Below the pieces are notes generated by a model. That model made no database searches and had not been told where the DNA came from. It saw only the letters and a list, made by a program, of their open reading frames with translations. Shown one piece after another: positions 17,669-28,900 of a DNA stretch of 64,000 bases. The position numbers and the translations under genes are program-made. Source of the stretch: a virus. Location: IMG/VR virus record IMGVR_UViG_3300032272_000003, positions 83,680-147,679 of that record; one strand, 5' to 3'. Each line of letters begins with the position of its first letter. Position 1 is the stretch's first letter.

Positions 17669-19021
17669 ATGCCAGCATTAGATTTAGGAACAGCATTAAC
17701 CACATCATATTCCACAGTTAGTGGTAGTGTGTTTAATGTCGGCTTAATAAAAGAACGTGTTAATCGTTATTTCCCATCTAATATTCGTGAAAAGGAAAAT
17801 GTAGAAGAATTCCAAGAGGGTATTGGTAATATTCTGGCAGGCTTCAGAAACTCAATTGAGAATATGAAGTCATTTGTTGATCCTACCAAGATCACCACAG
17901 ACTTTCTTGATAAACTCGGGGCACAGTTCGACCTCGAATTCCCTAAAGGTGTTACTGAGGAAAAACGTAGGCTTCAAATAAGGGATGCAATCTTTGCATA
18001 TCGTACCGCTGGTACTGAACGTGCTCTTATTCGTTTATTCCGCTTAATAGGTTGGGATGTCAATATCGATTACTGCTGGACCCTTAGCCCATTGGGTGCC
18101 TCTGAGATACAAATTTACTATGACGGGTCAGTGATATACACCGAGCCATCAAACTTTACATATAACAACACCGGTATTACCCCGGTACTGCCCGGTGGAA
18201 TCATCTTTGGTAATGAGTTCATCAATCCTGGTGACGGTAAGGTATACCTGAATGCATATGATGACTTTGGTAACACCTACAACGATCTGTCTATCTATGG
18301 GGAGACTTATGGTAATGGTGACACCGGCATCATGGTTAAGCTACCTTACATCCGTCTGACTATCAATGAGACTGACTATGGTGACATCACCCAGGAATAC
18401 ATTGATCCAATAACAGGCATACCATATGCTTATACCGAGAGTGAAGAGTTCAGCATCATCGAAGAGACTATTCGATTCTTCTTAGATGAAGGTCGTCCTG
18501 CTAACGTGGCTGTCCTTGACTTGGTGACGTTCTCATTCAAGGAAGACCACATACTCTTCGGTGCTAAGGATACGTTAACTGAAATCACTCCTGAATACTC
18601 TGGGGCCTATGATGGTACCTGGGCATATGGTATGCCCATAGACCCATACGAATTTGATGAGAACTATGACCTATTCTTATATGGAGATGTGTCACTATTA
18701 GCATCACCACCTGCGGCTGTCACAGATGACTTTGAATACGTCTCGGGTGTCTCTGGTATCCAGCAATGGGTTCCTACAAGGGATACATGTGATATCTACT
18801 TAGAACTGCCTACCGAGGCTATCGTTGAGGTTCAATGGTCTGATTCACCGCGTACCGTAATTGCTGCCGGTGGTGGAGATTGGTACACACATACTATTGT
18901 TAATGGTATTGCTGCCGGTGGAGCATGGGTTGGTAGTCAATCGACTGTTAGAGCGTTAAGGCTAAATATCACTACACCATCAGCATCAACTAACATATTA
19001 CTGAGGATTACAAATCTATGA
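17669..19021 (+). CDS. Baseplate wedge gp7 / P2 gpI-like protein
   Basis: DP......FLDKLG...RR..IRDA..AYR..GT..AL..LFRL motif; synteny. Confidence 0.75.
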   Translation: MPALDLGTALTTSYSTVSGSVFNVGLIKERVNRYFPSNIREKENVEEFQEGIGNILAGFRNSIENMKSFVDPTKITTDFLDKLGAQFDLEFPKGVTEEKRRLQIRDAIFAYRTAGTERALIRLFRLIGWDVNIDYCWTLSPLGASEIQIYYDGSVIYTEPSNFTYNNTGITPVLPGGIIFGNEFINPGDGKVYLNAYDDFGNTYNDLSIYGETYGNGDTGIMVKLPYIRLTINETDYGDITQEYIDPITGIPYAYTESEEFSIIEETIRFFLDEGRPANVAVLDLVTFSFKEDHILFGAKDTLTEITPEYSGAYDGTWAYGMPIDPYEFDENYDLFLYGDVSLLASPPAAVTDDFEYVSGVSGIQQWVPTRDTCDIYLELPTEAIVEVQWSDSPRTVIAAGGGDWYTHTIVNGIAAGGAWVGSQSTVRALRLNITTPSASTNILLRITNL

Positions 19022-19815
19022 TTTTAAAAGACGGCATAAGCAAGCCAAAGGGTAAATTGGTGATGGAACGTGTATGTGCTATCACTGGTAAGCATATCGA
19101 TTTCACTCCTGTTTGCAACGTAGTCGTATTGGGTGCTAAGTTCACTCTCCTACGTGGTATTGGTGGTGACACCAGTACAGCATATCATATAAGAAGAATC
19201 AAGCTGGGTCGTGACTTTGTTAACGCTTGGTTACCTTCTAGTGGTGATCTGACTACTGATGTTGGTGACCCTACCAAACGTAAGATCGACGGCTTCGGTA
19301 CCGACCTTATTACTGAACTGTTACCTGATGCCGCTGCTATTGCCGCCCTAGCCGATGGTAAGATATGGATAAGGATCGTTTCATCTGATGAACGTCGTAA
19401 GGTTATTGCTATTGATGGTGGTACTCAGTCATTAACAATCGATTTCAAGTTCGATACTGACCTCGTTAATGAGCAATTTGAATTTGAGATAGGCTACAGC
19501 AATGGTGACCCAGAAGCTCCACTGGATACCTTTGATACCACAAATATGAATGTTGTTTTTGATGATGCTGCTGAGAGCTATGCACCGTTTACTAATAACT
19601 TCGATCTTGTTGATCCGAAGGTAGACTTCCAATTCACAGTAATCGGACAGGACGTTATCGATTACCAACTACCGACAGTGGTATCCAATATCAACTTCAG
19701 TAGTGCAGCACTACACACCGGCAATGGAGAAGTGTTCTCATACTTGAGATTCCCTAAGATAGGTATCTCACCACTGATTAACATCAACTTCATCTGGACG
19801 ATCTATTATGACTAA
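19018..19815 (+). CDS. Baseplate protein (gp8-like position / fibre attachment)
   Basis: NVVV.G...FS.AAL.TG.G.VFSY..FP.I......I.F.WTI C-terminus; synteny. Confidence 0.6.
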   Translation: MILKDGISKPKGKLVMERVCAITGKHIDFTPVCNVVVLGAKFTLLRGIGGDTSTAYHIRRIKLGRDFVNAWLPSSGDLTTDVGDPTKRKIDGFGTDLITELLPDAAAIAALADGKIWIRIVSSDERRKVIAIDGGTQSLTIDFKFDTDLVNEQFEFEIGYSNGDPEAPLDTFDTTNMNVVFDDAAESYAPFTNNFDLVDPKVDFQFTVIGQDVIDYQLPTVVSNINFSSAALHTGNGEVFSYLRFPKIGISPLININFIWTIYYD

Positions 19816-20152
19816 GTGCTGTTCTAAATGTAGACAGTATAAGAGTATAGACTGTTATGGTAATAATAAAACCCGAAAGGATAATTTAAACCCCCAATGT
19901 AAGATTGCTGCTAGAGAAGCCAAAAGACGATCTACTAAATTAATAGCAACACCATCATGGATTGAGTTGAAAATGATAGAGGATTTATATGAAGAATGTA
20001 GACTATTATCAATTGAAACAGGCACACAACATCATGTGGATCATATCATTCCTCTAAATAGTAATAAGGTGTGTGGGTTACACTGCCTAGACAATCTTCA
20101 GATTCTATCAGCAAAAGAGAATCACACAAAATCGAATAAAGTAGAAGGATAA
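19808..20152 (+). CDS. HNH homing endonuclease-like protein
   Basis: HHVDHIIPL....VCGLH...NLQIL...EN..KSNK; N-terminal Cys cluster. Confidence 0.9.
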   Translation: MTKCCSKCRQYKSIDCYGNNKTRKDNLNPQCKIAAREAKRRSTKLIATPSWIELKMIEDLYEECRLLSIETGTQHHVDHIIPLNSNKVCGLHCLDNLQILSAKENHTKSNKVEG

Positions 20153-20156
20153 TACA

Positions 20157-21548
20157 TTGACATTTCCAGCTAAAACTATAGTACAAAGTATACAGATCAA
20201 TGAGCCTGTATCACCATCAACTGCTAATCGTCCTAACGATGATTTAGAGACGAACATTGACAATCTGAGATCGTACCTCCAGGCAAGCCCGGGAACTCAC
20301 TTCGAGTTCGATCAGGACGCCTATGTTCCCGGTACCCGTAACTTCGATTACAGTGCTGGTAATGTAAAGGTTAAGGGTGGAGTGAATGTGGTTGCCGCTG
20401 GACAGCTTATTCTGACAGCCAATAACACCAACTATATTCAGTATGATATCGACACTGTTGGTATCATCTTCAATACAACAGGATTCTCTACCCGTGGTAT
20501 CCCTTTATGGGAGGTTGTACTCGATGGTGCTGGTAACATCACAGCGGTTAATGACTACCGTGCATTCACTGTATCTAGCGTCACTGATGCTATTCTTGTT
20601 GATTATGATAATAGTGTTAGTTTATTAACAGCCACCACAGTCCAGGCAGCAATTGATGAAGTGGTCGCTACTCTAACTTCTGGTACCGTGAATGATTCTA
20701 CAAATCTTAATGGCCAGGTCGCTTCGTATTACCTGGATTTGGCGAACCACAGTGGTGTTATCAGTGATGGTCAGCATGGTAGTAGAACAGGTGGAACAAC
20801 ACATGCTCTTGCTGTTGCCGCAACATCTCATGGTTTTATGAGTTCCGGTGACAAATCAAAACTGGACGGTATTGTGGCCGGTGCAGAACCAAACGAATTC
20901 TCATTCAAGACTATTATTGTTGCAACTCAAACAGATGTTGTTGCAGATACCACAACCGATACACTGACAATGGTTGCTGGGGTTGGTATAGAAATACTCA
21001 CATCTGGCGACACCATCACATACAACAGTAACGGTTTGGTCAGTATTACTTCCAATGACAGTACCCCGGATTATCTTCTTAATAAATTGGTTGCTGGTAT
21101 AGGTATCACCCTAACAGAGCAAAATGATGGTGGGGACGAATCTATATTGATAGACAGCCAGGATATTGTCATTCTTGATACTCCAGAAGAGATTACTGGA
21201 CTGACACACGATTCGACATGGCGTACTGTCAACAACACAACGCTTAACACCGCACAAGCAAAATCAGCTCTTATTAAAGTAATTGTGAGGGGTAGCAAAG
21301 TAGGAACACCCTCAGCTACTGTAGCCCTATATATGAGAGACCCAGATACTGCCCTAGCAATAGGTGACCAAACAGTTGTTGCAGAATGCACAGTAAATGG
21401 TGATGGTGTTAACACCTTTTACGATATAGATGTAAACACGCATTGGGTAAATTTGGATGCCGTTTATGATTTTGACTACAATGGCCAAGTGACTGGTACT
21501 CCAGACACATCAGATATAAAACTTTTTCTGATAGGCTATAAGAAATAA
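20157..21548 (+). CDS. Tail fibre protein 1
   Basis: TTG start; N-terminal ANRP adaptor shared with 21967; GFMS..DK.KLDGI fibre motif. Confidence 0.75.
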   Translation: MTFPAKTIVQSIQINEPVSPSTANRPNDDLETNIDNLRSYLQASPGTHFEFDQDAYVPGTRNFDYSAGNVKVKGGVNVVAAGQLILTANNTNYIQYDIDTVGIIFNTTGFSTRGIPLWEVVLDGAGNITAVNDYRAFTVSSVTDAILVDYDNSVSLLTATTVQAAIDEVVATLTSGTVNDSTNLNGQVASYYLDLANHSGVISDGQHGSRTGGTTHALAVAATSHGFMSSGDKSKLDGIVAGAEPNEFSFKTIIVATQTDVVADTTTDTLTMVAGVGIEILTSGDTITYNSNGLVSITSNDSTPDYLLNKLVAGIGITLTEQNDGGDESILIDSQDIVILDTPEEITGLTHDSTWRTVNNTTLNTAQAKSALIKVIVRGSKVGTPSATVALYMRDPDTALAIGDQTVVAECTVNGDGVNTFYDIDVNTHWVNLDAVYDFDYNGQVTGTPDTSDIKLFLIGYKK

Positions 21549-21570
21549 GAAATAGGCACAATTCTGAGTA

Positions 21571-21578
21571 GATAAATA
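21571..21578 (+). promoter_or_regulatory. Late promoter GATAAATA
   Basis: Intergenic; followed by AGAGGAG SD. Confidence 0.6.
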
Positions 21579-21606
21579 GAGATATCATTTAAAGAGGAGA
21601 TTAATA

Positions 21607-21960
21607 ATGAAATTAGGCGATTTGATTAATAGTTTAGAGAGCTTACGAGTTCTTTCAGTAAAAGCAGTACCAGCAGCAACAGCATTTACGCTTGGCCGTG
21701 TAATCAAAGCTGCGGGTGAACATGAAAAGACTTTCAACGAAGCACGTCAGAAGATGTTTGATCTGTATGGTGTTCCTGTTGAAGGCACAGAACAGGTACG
21801 TATCAGTGATGAACACATGGGTACTTTCAAGCAAGAGATGGAAGACCTACTTGCTGTAGAGATTGATCTGGGGGATGCTCATATAAACATCTCTGGTCTT
21901 GGTAGCGTCGAGATCGAAGCACGTCATCTGATGAACCTGGAATGGTTAATTAAGGGATAA
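21607..21960 (+). CDS. Tail-associated small protein (DUF1617-like)
   Basis: Helical 117 aa between fibre genes; strong SD. Confidence 0.55.
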   Translation: MKLGDLINSLESLRVLSVKAVPAATAFTLGRVIKAAGEHEKTFNEARQKMFDLYGVPVEGTEQVRISDEHMGTFKQEMEDLLAVEIDLGDAHINISGLGSVEIEARHLMNLEWLIKG

Positions 21961-21966
21961 TAATAA

Positions 21967-23349
21967 ATGACAACACCAACCGACTTAAAAGTACCTCTAA
22001 CCCCTATCACCATAGGGGAAGCTGGTATACCTATCGTCGCTAACAGACAACCTGCTGAATTGGAGGCTAATATTGATAACATTATTGCCTACCTTGATGG
22101 TAACTCTGTGAGTGCATTTGACTGGGATGAGGTAGCCACAACTGGCATCTCATTTGCTTATAAGTCTGGTAGGTTCCGTAAAGGACATTCATCTGTACTT
22201 ATTATTACAGGTACCACGGATTTGACTGGTGGAGATGTCCTTCATTATATTTTTGTAGACCAAACCACAGATGCAATTATTAACAATACTACTGGATTTC
22301 CTATCGGTAGTATTCCTCTATATGAGATCAGCGTATCCGGGGGTGTTATATCCGTAGTCACAGACGTTAGGGCATACTTTAATACATACCAGGCATCAAC
22401 CCTACCGGTTGATGATTCTGGCTTATCTTTTGTTGCTGATAATGTTCAAACAGCAATCGATGAAATAGATACAGTTATTGTCGCTAATACTGGAGACATT
22501 TCCAATCTTCAGACAAATAAATTGGATATAGCCGGACATACTATTAGCAGAGTAATGGTCACCGATGGTTCTGGTAACATAACAACATCAGCAATAACAA
22601 CAACAAAGCTCGATTATTTGGGTGATGTAACAAGTCTTATCCAGGCCCAATTGAATAGTAAAGAACCGACTATTACTGGTGCTGCCACGACTATTACTGG
22701 TGCCGACCTAACAGCAAATAGAGTAGTAATATCAAGTGGTGTTGGTAAAATATCAATAAGCACAGTAACCACAACAGAACTTGGATGGCTCACTGGTGTA
22801 TCAAGCAATATTCAAACACAATTGAATGGTAAATCTTCTGTTAGTCATAATCACGATAGTACATATCTCAGACTATCAGGAGGATCACAAAGCGTCTCAG
22901 CGACAACAATTTTTACATCTGATAATTTATACGTCGGTACTGATGGTGGTGGTGATTCTGATATGTATTTCTATGCTGATTTTAGCAACACTTGGCGAAC
23001 CCTTCGTTGGGATAATAGTTCTAATGAATTTCAAGTAGAAGACAGTGGCAGCAATATGAGAACATTAATACACTCTGGTAATATTGATACGTATGTTAGT
23101 ATTCCAGCTGTTGGGTCTGTTGGGTCTTACGCTCTATTAATGAACTTCGAAGTTGGTGACTATACTGTCTCTGCTGGTTCAACAATGGCCGGTTCACGAT
23201 TAAGATACTGGGGTGCTTCTGCTGATGATTTTGGTACTGTTGATAGTAATGGATATGGTACTACACCATCAGGAACATGGAGAGTCATGGGTAGGGTTAG
23301 AACATATGGTAACCGGTTTGGTTCTACTTTATTTTTGAGGATTAGTTAA
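21967..23349 (+). CDS. Tail fibre protein 2
   Basis: Paralogous N-terminus; L.GV.S.IQ.QLN.K repeats; GTWRVMG...LFLRIS tip. Confidence 0.85.
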   Translation: MTTPTDLKVPLTPITIGEAGIPIVANRQPAELEANIDNIIAYLDGNSVSAFDWDEVATTGISFAYKSGRFRKGHSSVLIITGTTDLTGGDVLHYIFVDQTTDAIINNTTGFPIGSIPLYEISVSGGVISVVTDVRAYFNTYQASTLPVDDSGLSFVADNVQTAIDEIDTVIVANTGDISNLQTNKLDIAGHTISRVMVTDGSGNITTSAITTTKLDYLGDVTSLIQAQLNSKEPTITGAATTITGADLTANRVVISSGVGKISISTVTTTELGWLTGVSSNIQTQLNGKSSVSHNHDSTYLRLSGGSQSVSATTIFTSDNLYVGTDGGGDSDMYFYADFSNTWRTLRWDNSSNEFQVEDSGSNMRTLIHSGNIDTYVSIPAVGSVGSYALLMNFEVGDYTVSAGSTMAGSRLRYWGASADDFGTVDSNGYGTTPSGTWRVMGRVRTYGNRFGSTLFLRIS

Positions 23350-23732
23350 TGAATACTAGAAATGCAGTACATAACGATGACGGCACAATAGATTGTGAAA
23401 TCGAACATCCAAATCACGGATGGATACCGTTCACAGCTTCGGCTGATGATGTGGAACAACTAGGTAAAGATATATATGCTGCTCTCAGTGTTTCTCAAGG
23501 TGTATCACCGTATGTACCACCTACCCCGGCAGTGAAAATGGCCCGAACCCTTTTAATGGTTCGTGATAGAAGAGATTCATTATTAGCAGCATGTGATTGG
23601 ACCCATGGTTCAGATTCACCATTATCAGTTGATCAAAAGGCACTATGGGCTACGTATAGACAAGAGCTTAGGGATTTCCCAGCCACTATAACAGACCCAG
23701 ATGTTGTTGTATGGCCAACACCACCAACATAA
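23349..23732 (+). CDS. Tail fibre assembly chaperone
   Basis: GWIPFTAS; R..RD.LL..CDW...W.TYRQ.LRD.P...WP.PP. Confidence 0.9.
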   Translation: MNTRNAVHNDDGTIDCEIEHPNHGWIPFTASADDVEQLGKDIYAALSVSQGVSPYVPPTPAVKMARTLLMVRDRRDSLLAACDWTHGSDSPLSVDQKALWATYRQELRDFPATITDPDVVVWPTPPT

Positions 23733-23760
23733 AGTTTAGACCCTGTTATGGTCGATATAT

Positions 23761-23768
23761 CATAAATA
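23761..23768 (+). promoter_or_regulatory. Late promoter CATAAATA
   Basis: Intergenic, upstream of 23816. Confidence 0.6.
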
Positions 23769-23815
23769 CAAGCATAACGAGTTTAGATCAAAACTATATC
23801 AAAGGAGATTAATAG

Positions 23816-24220
23816 ATGAGTTTTTCAGTATATTTAGAAGCAGCCCTTTTGAATCACACATTCAAGAATGCAGCTTTCACACAACCAACCAACCTTTACG
23901 TTGCATTGATGACAGCGGCTCCTGCCGATGACGCCACTGGTTCTACTATCACAGAACCTTCAGGTAACGGTTATGCTCGGGTAAATCATAATGTATGGGC
24001 AGTTGCTACCGTTGGCACCGATACTTCTGCTAAGAACACAGGTGCGATCACGTTCCCTACTGCCACCGGCCTATGGGGCACCATTTCACATTTTGCTATT
24101 TGTGATGCTGCTACCGTTGGTAATATGCTCGCATACGGTACTCTTACCACTGCTAAGCAAGTAACAACAGACGATACCCCTTCATTCGCAAGTGAAGCTA
24201 TCGTTATTACCTTGGAATAA
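23816..24220 (+). CDS. Virion structural / fibre subunit protein
   Basis: S.YLE..LLNH...LYVAL....P....E.SG.GYARV...ITFP.AT..WGT..HFAI.DA.T.GN.L family motif; strong SD; terminator follows. Confidence 0.8.
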   Translation: MSFSVYLEAALLNHTFKNAAFTQPTNLYVALMTAAPADDATGSTITEPSGNGYARVNHNVWAVATVGTDTSAKNTGAITFPTATGLWGTISHFAICDAATVGNMLAYGTLTTAKQVTTDDTPSFASEAIVITLE

Positions 24221-24247
24221 TACTAATACGATTCCACGGCGTTTTTG

Positions 24248-24276
24248 GAAAGGCCCGGTATGGGCCTTTCATTTAT
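24248..24276 (+). terminator. Intrinsic terminator-like hairpin
   Basis: GAAAGGCCC-ggtat-GGGCCTTTC then atttat. Confidence 0.7.
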
Positions 24277-24305
24277 ACGACGCTATAATTGACTGATTGG
24301 TTATT

Positions 24306-24313
24306 GATAAATA
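24306..24313 (+). promoter_or_regulatory. Late promoter GATAAATA
   Basis: Upstream of 24335 with GGAG SD. Confidence 0.6.
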
Positions 24314-24334
24314 CAAATAAGCATGGAGATATAA

Positions 24335-25822
24335 ATGGCTTTAATTTTTGCAGATCGTGTTAAAGAAACGACAACTACAACTGGCACCGGTTCATACACC
24401 CTTGATGGCTCTGTAATCGGACACCAAACATTTTTTGAAGGTATTGGCGACGCCAATACCTGTTACTACTCAATCACCAATGGTGTTGATTGGGAAGTTG
24501 GTATTGGTACCGTGAGTGCCGGTGCCCTGGCGAGAACTACAATTCACGCATCGAGTAATGGCGATGCTGCTGTAAACTGGAGCAGTGGTGTTAAAAATAT
24601 TTTCTGTACTGTATCAGCATTCGCAATTACTGCTGCTGGTCCTGCTTCTGCTGTTGGTACAATAGTAACAGGCCCATCAGCCCCTACAGGCGATGGAATA
24701 TGGCTTGAATGTGACGGCTCTGTCGTAGCACAGTCTTCTTATGCTGCGTTGTTTGCTGCAATAGGTCATGACTTTGTTATGTATGATAGCACATTCGTGT
24801 CTACAGTGACGGCATATAATGCATTTGGAAGATTCGCTTATGCTGGATCGAATTACCTTGCCACAGATTATGATGGTGGAGTAGGTTTATATTATTCTTC
24901 AGACTTAGTGACGTGGACTGCATCAACTGGTCATGTCGGTGCCCCAACTAACGACATCGTGGTTGATTCTGTATCTGGTAATGTTGTTATATCTGGTGCT
25001 GATGGTTTAGCATACTACTCTATCAACGATGGTGTGACATTTACTGCATCTGACTTACCAAATAGTGGGCCGCTAAATCTGGCCACGGGTGGAGGCACTA
25101 CCGTAGCGTACACTCAGGGTGGTAGTGGATTTTACTACTCAACAAATGGCGGTGTAAATTGGACAGTTAGTTCGGGTGGCCCTGTGAGTGGATTGACTGG
25201 TGTCGATTATGACGCTGTTAATGGCGTATTCATAGCTTATGCCGGTGCCGGTGCTGGTGGTGGTACTATCTATAAATCAGCAGACGGTATCACATGGTCT
25301 TCTGTAGTCGTAACTTCTGTCGGTGCTCCTGATATTTACAACCTGCTCGACCAAAACGTTGTATGTGATGATACCGGTATCTGTATAGTTAAGGCTGAAC
25401 AGGGTATGGCACTCTACGTCAGTGATGATGGTTTCACTACATGGAGTATAGTTACTACTCATGGTTTTGGTTATGAACATTCTGCTGGAATCGAGTATAG
25501 GCTAAATTTTGATTCAGTTAATAAGCTGTTTGTATATCACCAACCAGTTAATGATGTGGCTGTACAAGTTACCACAAATCGTAGGTTCTTGACTTCAACT
25601 GACGGTATTACTTGGGTAGATGTGGAGCTTTATTTACCTCGTGTAGAGCCAAAACTTATGGGTCCAAAAGCCATTAATGGTGACGTGTTATATACCGTAT
25701 TAACTGGTGCCGGTGCTAAAGAGATTCATAAACTAAACCCAGCCTACACTAGGGCAACCCAGTTCTTTCTACCAAGCAAAGCGAGAGTGGGCGGCAAGGC
25801 ATTTATCAAAGCTATAGCATAA
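24335..25822 (+). CDS. Tail fibre / receptor-binding protein with collar and Asp-box (BNR) beta-propeller
   Basis: ADRVKETTTTTGTG start; WLECDGS...Y.ALFAAIG collar; repeated S.DG.TW Asp-boxes. Confidence 0.85.
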   Translation: MALIFADRVKETTTTTGTGSYTLDGSVIGHQTFFEGIGDANTCYYSITNGVDWEVGIGTVSAGALARTTIHASSNGDAAVNWSSGVKNIFCTVSAFAITAAGPASAVGTIVTGPSAPTGDGIWLECDGSVVAQSSYAALFAAIGHDFVMYDSTFVSTVTAYNAFGRFAYAGSNYLATDYDGGVGLYYSSDLVTWTASTGHVGAPTNDIVVDSVSGNVVISGADGLAYYSINDGVTFTASDLPNSGPLNLATGGGTTVAYTQGGSGFYYSTNGGVNWTVSSGGPVSGLTGVDYDAVNGVFIAYAGAGAGGGTIYKSADGITWSSVVVTSVGAPDIYNLLDQNVVCDDTGICIVKAEQGMALYVSDDGFTTWSIVTTHGFGYEHSAGIEYRLNFDSVNKLFVYHQPVNDVAVQVTTNRRFLTSTDGITWVDVELYLPRVEPKLMGPKAINGDVLYTVLTGAGAKEIHKLNPAYTRATQFFLPSKARVGGKAFIKAIA

Positions 25823-25844
25823 TAGCTGATATAGTATAGTAAAT

Positions 25845-25879
25845 AAGGCAACATCATATCAATGGTGTTGCCTTTTTTG
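25845..25879 (+). terminator. Intrinsic terminator
   Basis: AAGGCAACATCAT / ATGGTGTTGCCTT stem followed by T run. Confidence 0.8.
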
Positions 25880-25906
25880 TGCCCCAAATTTATGATCCCA
25901 AAAATC

Positions 25907-25914
25907 CATAAATA
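25907..25914 (+). promoter_or_regulatory. Late promoter CATAAATA
   Basis: Upstream of 25981. Confidence 0.55.
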
Positions 25915-25980
25915 CTAATGTTATATGTATTTGGATTATATAATGTTTATGAATATTAAAATCACTAGGAATTTATCAGA

Positions 25981-28900
25981 ATGGCGGCATTAGACTTAGG
26001 AACAGCAACATCAACAGCAGTTGCTTCTACTACTGGAGCACTAACAACATCACTTGCTTTCGGTGGTACAACAACTGCTGCTGCTTCTACTACCGCTTCT
26101 TTTGGTATTGCATTCGCCTTTGACGGTACAATAACTGCAACCGCATCGGTCGCAACTGCTCCAATGGTCAATGTCATCTATTTCGATGGACAGATCGACG
26201 CAGTATCAGCAGCTGAGCGTACAGTTGAGAGTGGTGGTAGTGGCATAGATACCAATACCAGATTGATGATGCATATGGATTCTGGAACCCCAACAGATTC
26301 ATCGCAATATGGGGTTACTTGTGTTGGTGCTTATCCAAGCGCAACACAAACGAAATTTGGAGCAAACTCATACTTCTATGACGGTAACGGACAAAACACA
26401 ACATGTGGCAACTTAACAGAACTGAATATAGCTTCTGAACATACTATCGATTTCTGGGTATATAGAGACGTTGCTGATAACGGCCCTCTGATTTCAAATT
26501 GGGATACTACAACAACCAGCTACAAAGCATTTCGTGTCTTGACTGGTGTCGATGGATCAATGGTCTATGAGATTTATGATACTGATAATGTTAGTCGTCA
26601 GATTGTTACAGCAAGCGTTATACCACTCGCAACATGGGTGCACGTGGCTTGTGTATTCACTGCCGGAGCACTGACTCTTTATGTTGATGGCGTTTCAGTT
26701 GGCACAATTGCTGCACCAAATCCGATGCGAGTTCCAACATCATTCCAGACTAGAATAGCGAACTCTAGTACAAATGGGTTAAGTGCTACCGGTGGCAACA
26801 ATCGTTTTCGTGGATTCATTGATGAGATGCGTGTTAGTGATACGGCTCGCTGGACTACAAACTTCACCCCACCAACAGTAGCATATGAGGCCGGTACATC
26901 TGAACAAGTAGCTGGAGCCTTAATATCAGTAGATAAGCCTATCGCCGGTCAAATTGATGTTGAATCATCAAGTACATCAAATATTGGATTACCGATTGAT
27001 TTTGGTGGTCAGATAGATACTACTTCATCTATAAATGCTGATTTGTTGGCTGATAAAGAAATGGCCGGTCAGATCGATGCGGTATCATCCAGTGCATCAT
27101 CTGATGGATTATTAGTAGATAGGCTTCTTAGTGGTCAGATCGATGCTACAGTATCACTTGATGATGGTTTGGTACTTCTCTCATCAATTAGTGGTCAGAT
27201 CAATGCAAGTGCTGTTATTGTTGGGGCGGTTCTTGGGATAGAATCAACACAAAAATCAGCAATATCCACAATTCCTCTAAGCTCTTCCTCATTAGGCGGT
27301 GATGAGGTTTCTGGGTCTATCGAACTTGATCTATCTGGCACGTCTGCAATTTCAGTAGCCCCAACAAGCTCATCTCCATTGAGTGGGGTCGAAGATCAAC
27401 TATCAATTGAACTCGTTCTGGATGGAGTATCATCAATTTCGTCAGCACCAATGGGGGCATCCCCATTGAGTGGTGACGAAGACGATTTGGAGATTGTGTT
27501 TGATCTATATGGGGCAACACCCGCAGCAATATCATCAATTCCTCTAAGCTCTTCTCCATTAGGTGGTGAAGAAGACGAGGGTATCGCCCTTGGGGTTCCT
27601 GTACAATTAAGCGGTCAATCTGATTCTACCTCTACTATATCATCAAATCTAGGTGTATTGATCAATATCGATACTGATATTATAGAAGCGTATTCTTATG
27701 AAGAAAATGTAAGTCTTGATATTGGTAAAGAATTCCAACCAACCACTGTGGTTGTAACATCAACAGTAGATGTAACCCCACTATTAGCTGATAAAGAAAT
27801 AGGTGGACAAATCGATGTATTATCAACAGTAGATGCCGGTTTTGGTATTGATATTGGTGTTGATGGTCAGATTGATGCTGTATCTTCTGTTGATGTTTCA
27901 CTTGATGTAATTAAAGACCTGTCGCTACTCACACCTATCAATGCAGTTACCACTGTTAGCGTTACTGGTGAACTGCTTGTTGATAAACTATTGGGTGGTG
28001 ATATTGATGTTGCATCAACAATGTCATCACCATTAGATGGTATTAAAGTCATCTATGGTAATGTTGATGCGGTTTCAACCACAACCGGTGATGTAACTAA
28101 TTTTAAATTTTTAGAAGGTACCATTAACGCCACAAGTACCGTTGAAGATACCGATTTCTCTTACAGTATCCCATTAGGTGGGGTATGTAATGCTAACTGT
28201 ACACCAACAGCAGAACTTGGCATAGCCCAACACCTTGAAGCATACTCAAGCCCATTTGCACCAGATTGCGAAGCCACCGTAACAGCAACCATAACGAATA
28301 TTAAGTATGTTGGGGCTACCTCAACTTCATCATCAAACATCGTCGGTGCTTTGGCAAATATCAAAGAACTTACCGGTGATTGTAACGCCGTGTCGTCTGG
28401 TGCTATCGATTCTGATTTGTTCTTCAATAAAGATTTGGTCGGCGATACTACAGCAACATCATCCAGCACCGGTAATACCGAGGTAAGTAAACTGTTGTCT
28501 GGTACATGCCTGACAACATCCTCATCGTCTGGAGTATCTGTTGATGTTGGTAATGATATTGAACTGATAGGCCACTCATCAACTGTATCCGTCTTAACTA
28601 CTACCAATGGTACTATCACAAACGATAGACCTATCCTGGGTAATGTGGTTGGTGCAGTAACAGCTCAAGGTACCATGAGTTCTGACGACCAACTGACCGG
28701 TGTCATTAATGTAGTATCTTCCGGTAGTGCTGAAATGATTAATAAGAGCCTCGAAGGTTCACTATCTGCTACAAGTACGGTGATTGTCGCCGCAGAGATG
28801 GCCATTGATAAACTGTTTACCTCTGATGTCGATGTAGTATCTTCCGGTAGTGCTGAAATGAACGATAACTTAGGCGTCTCATTGTATGCGGAAGAGATCA

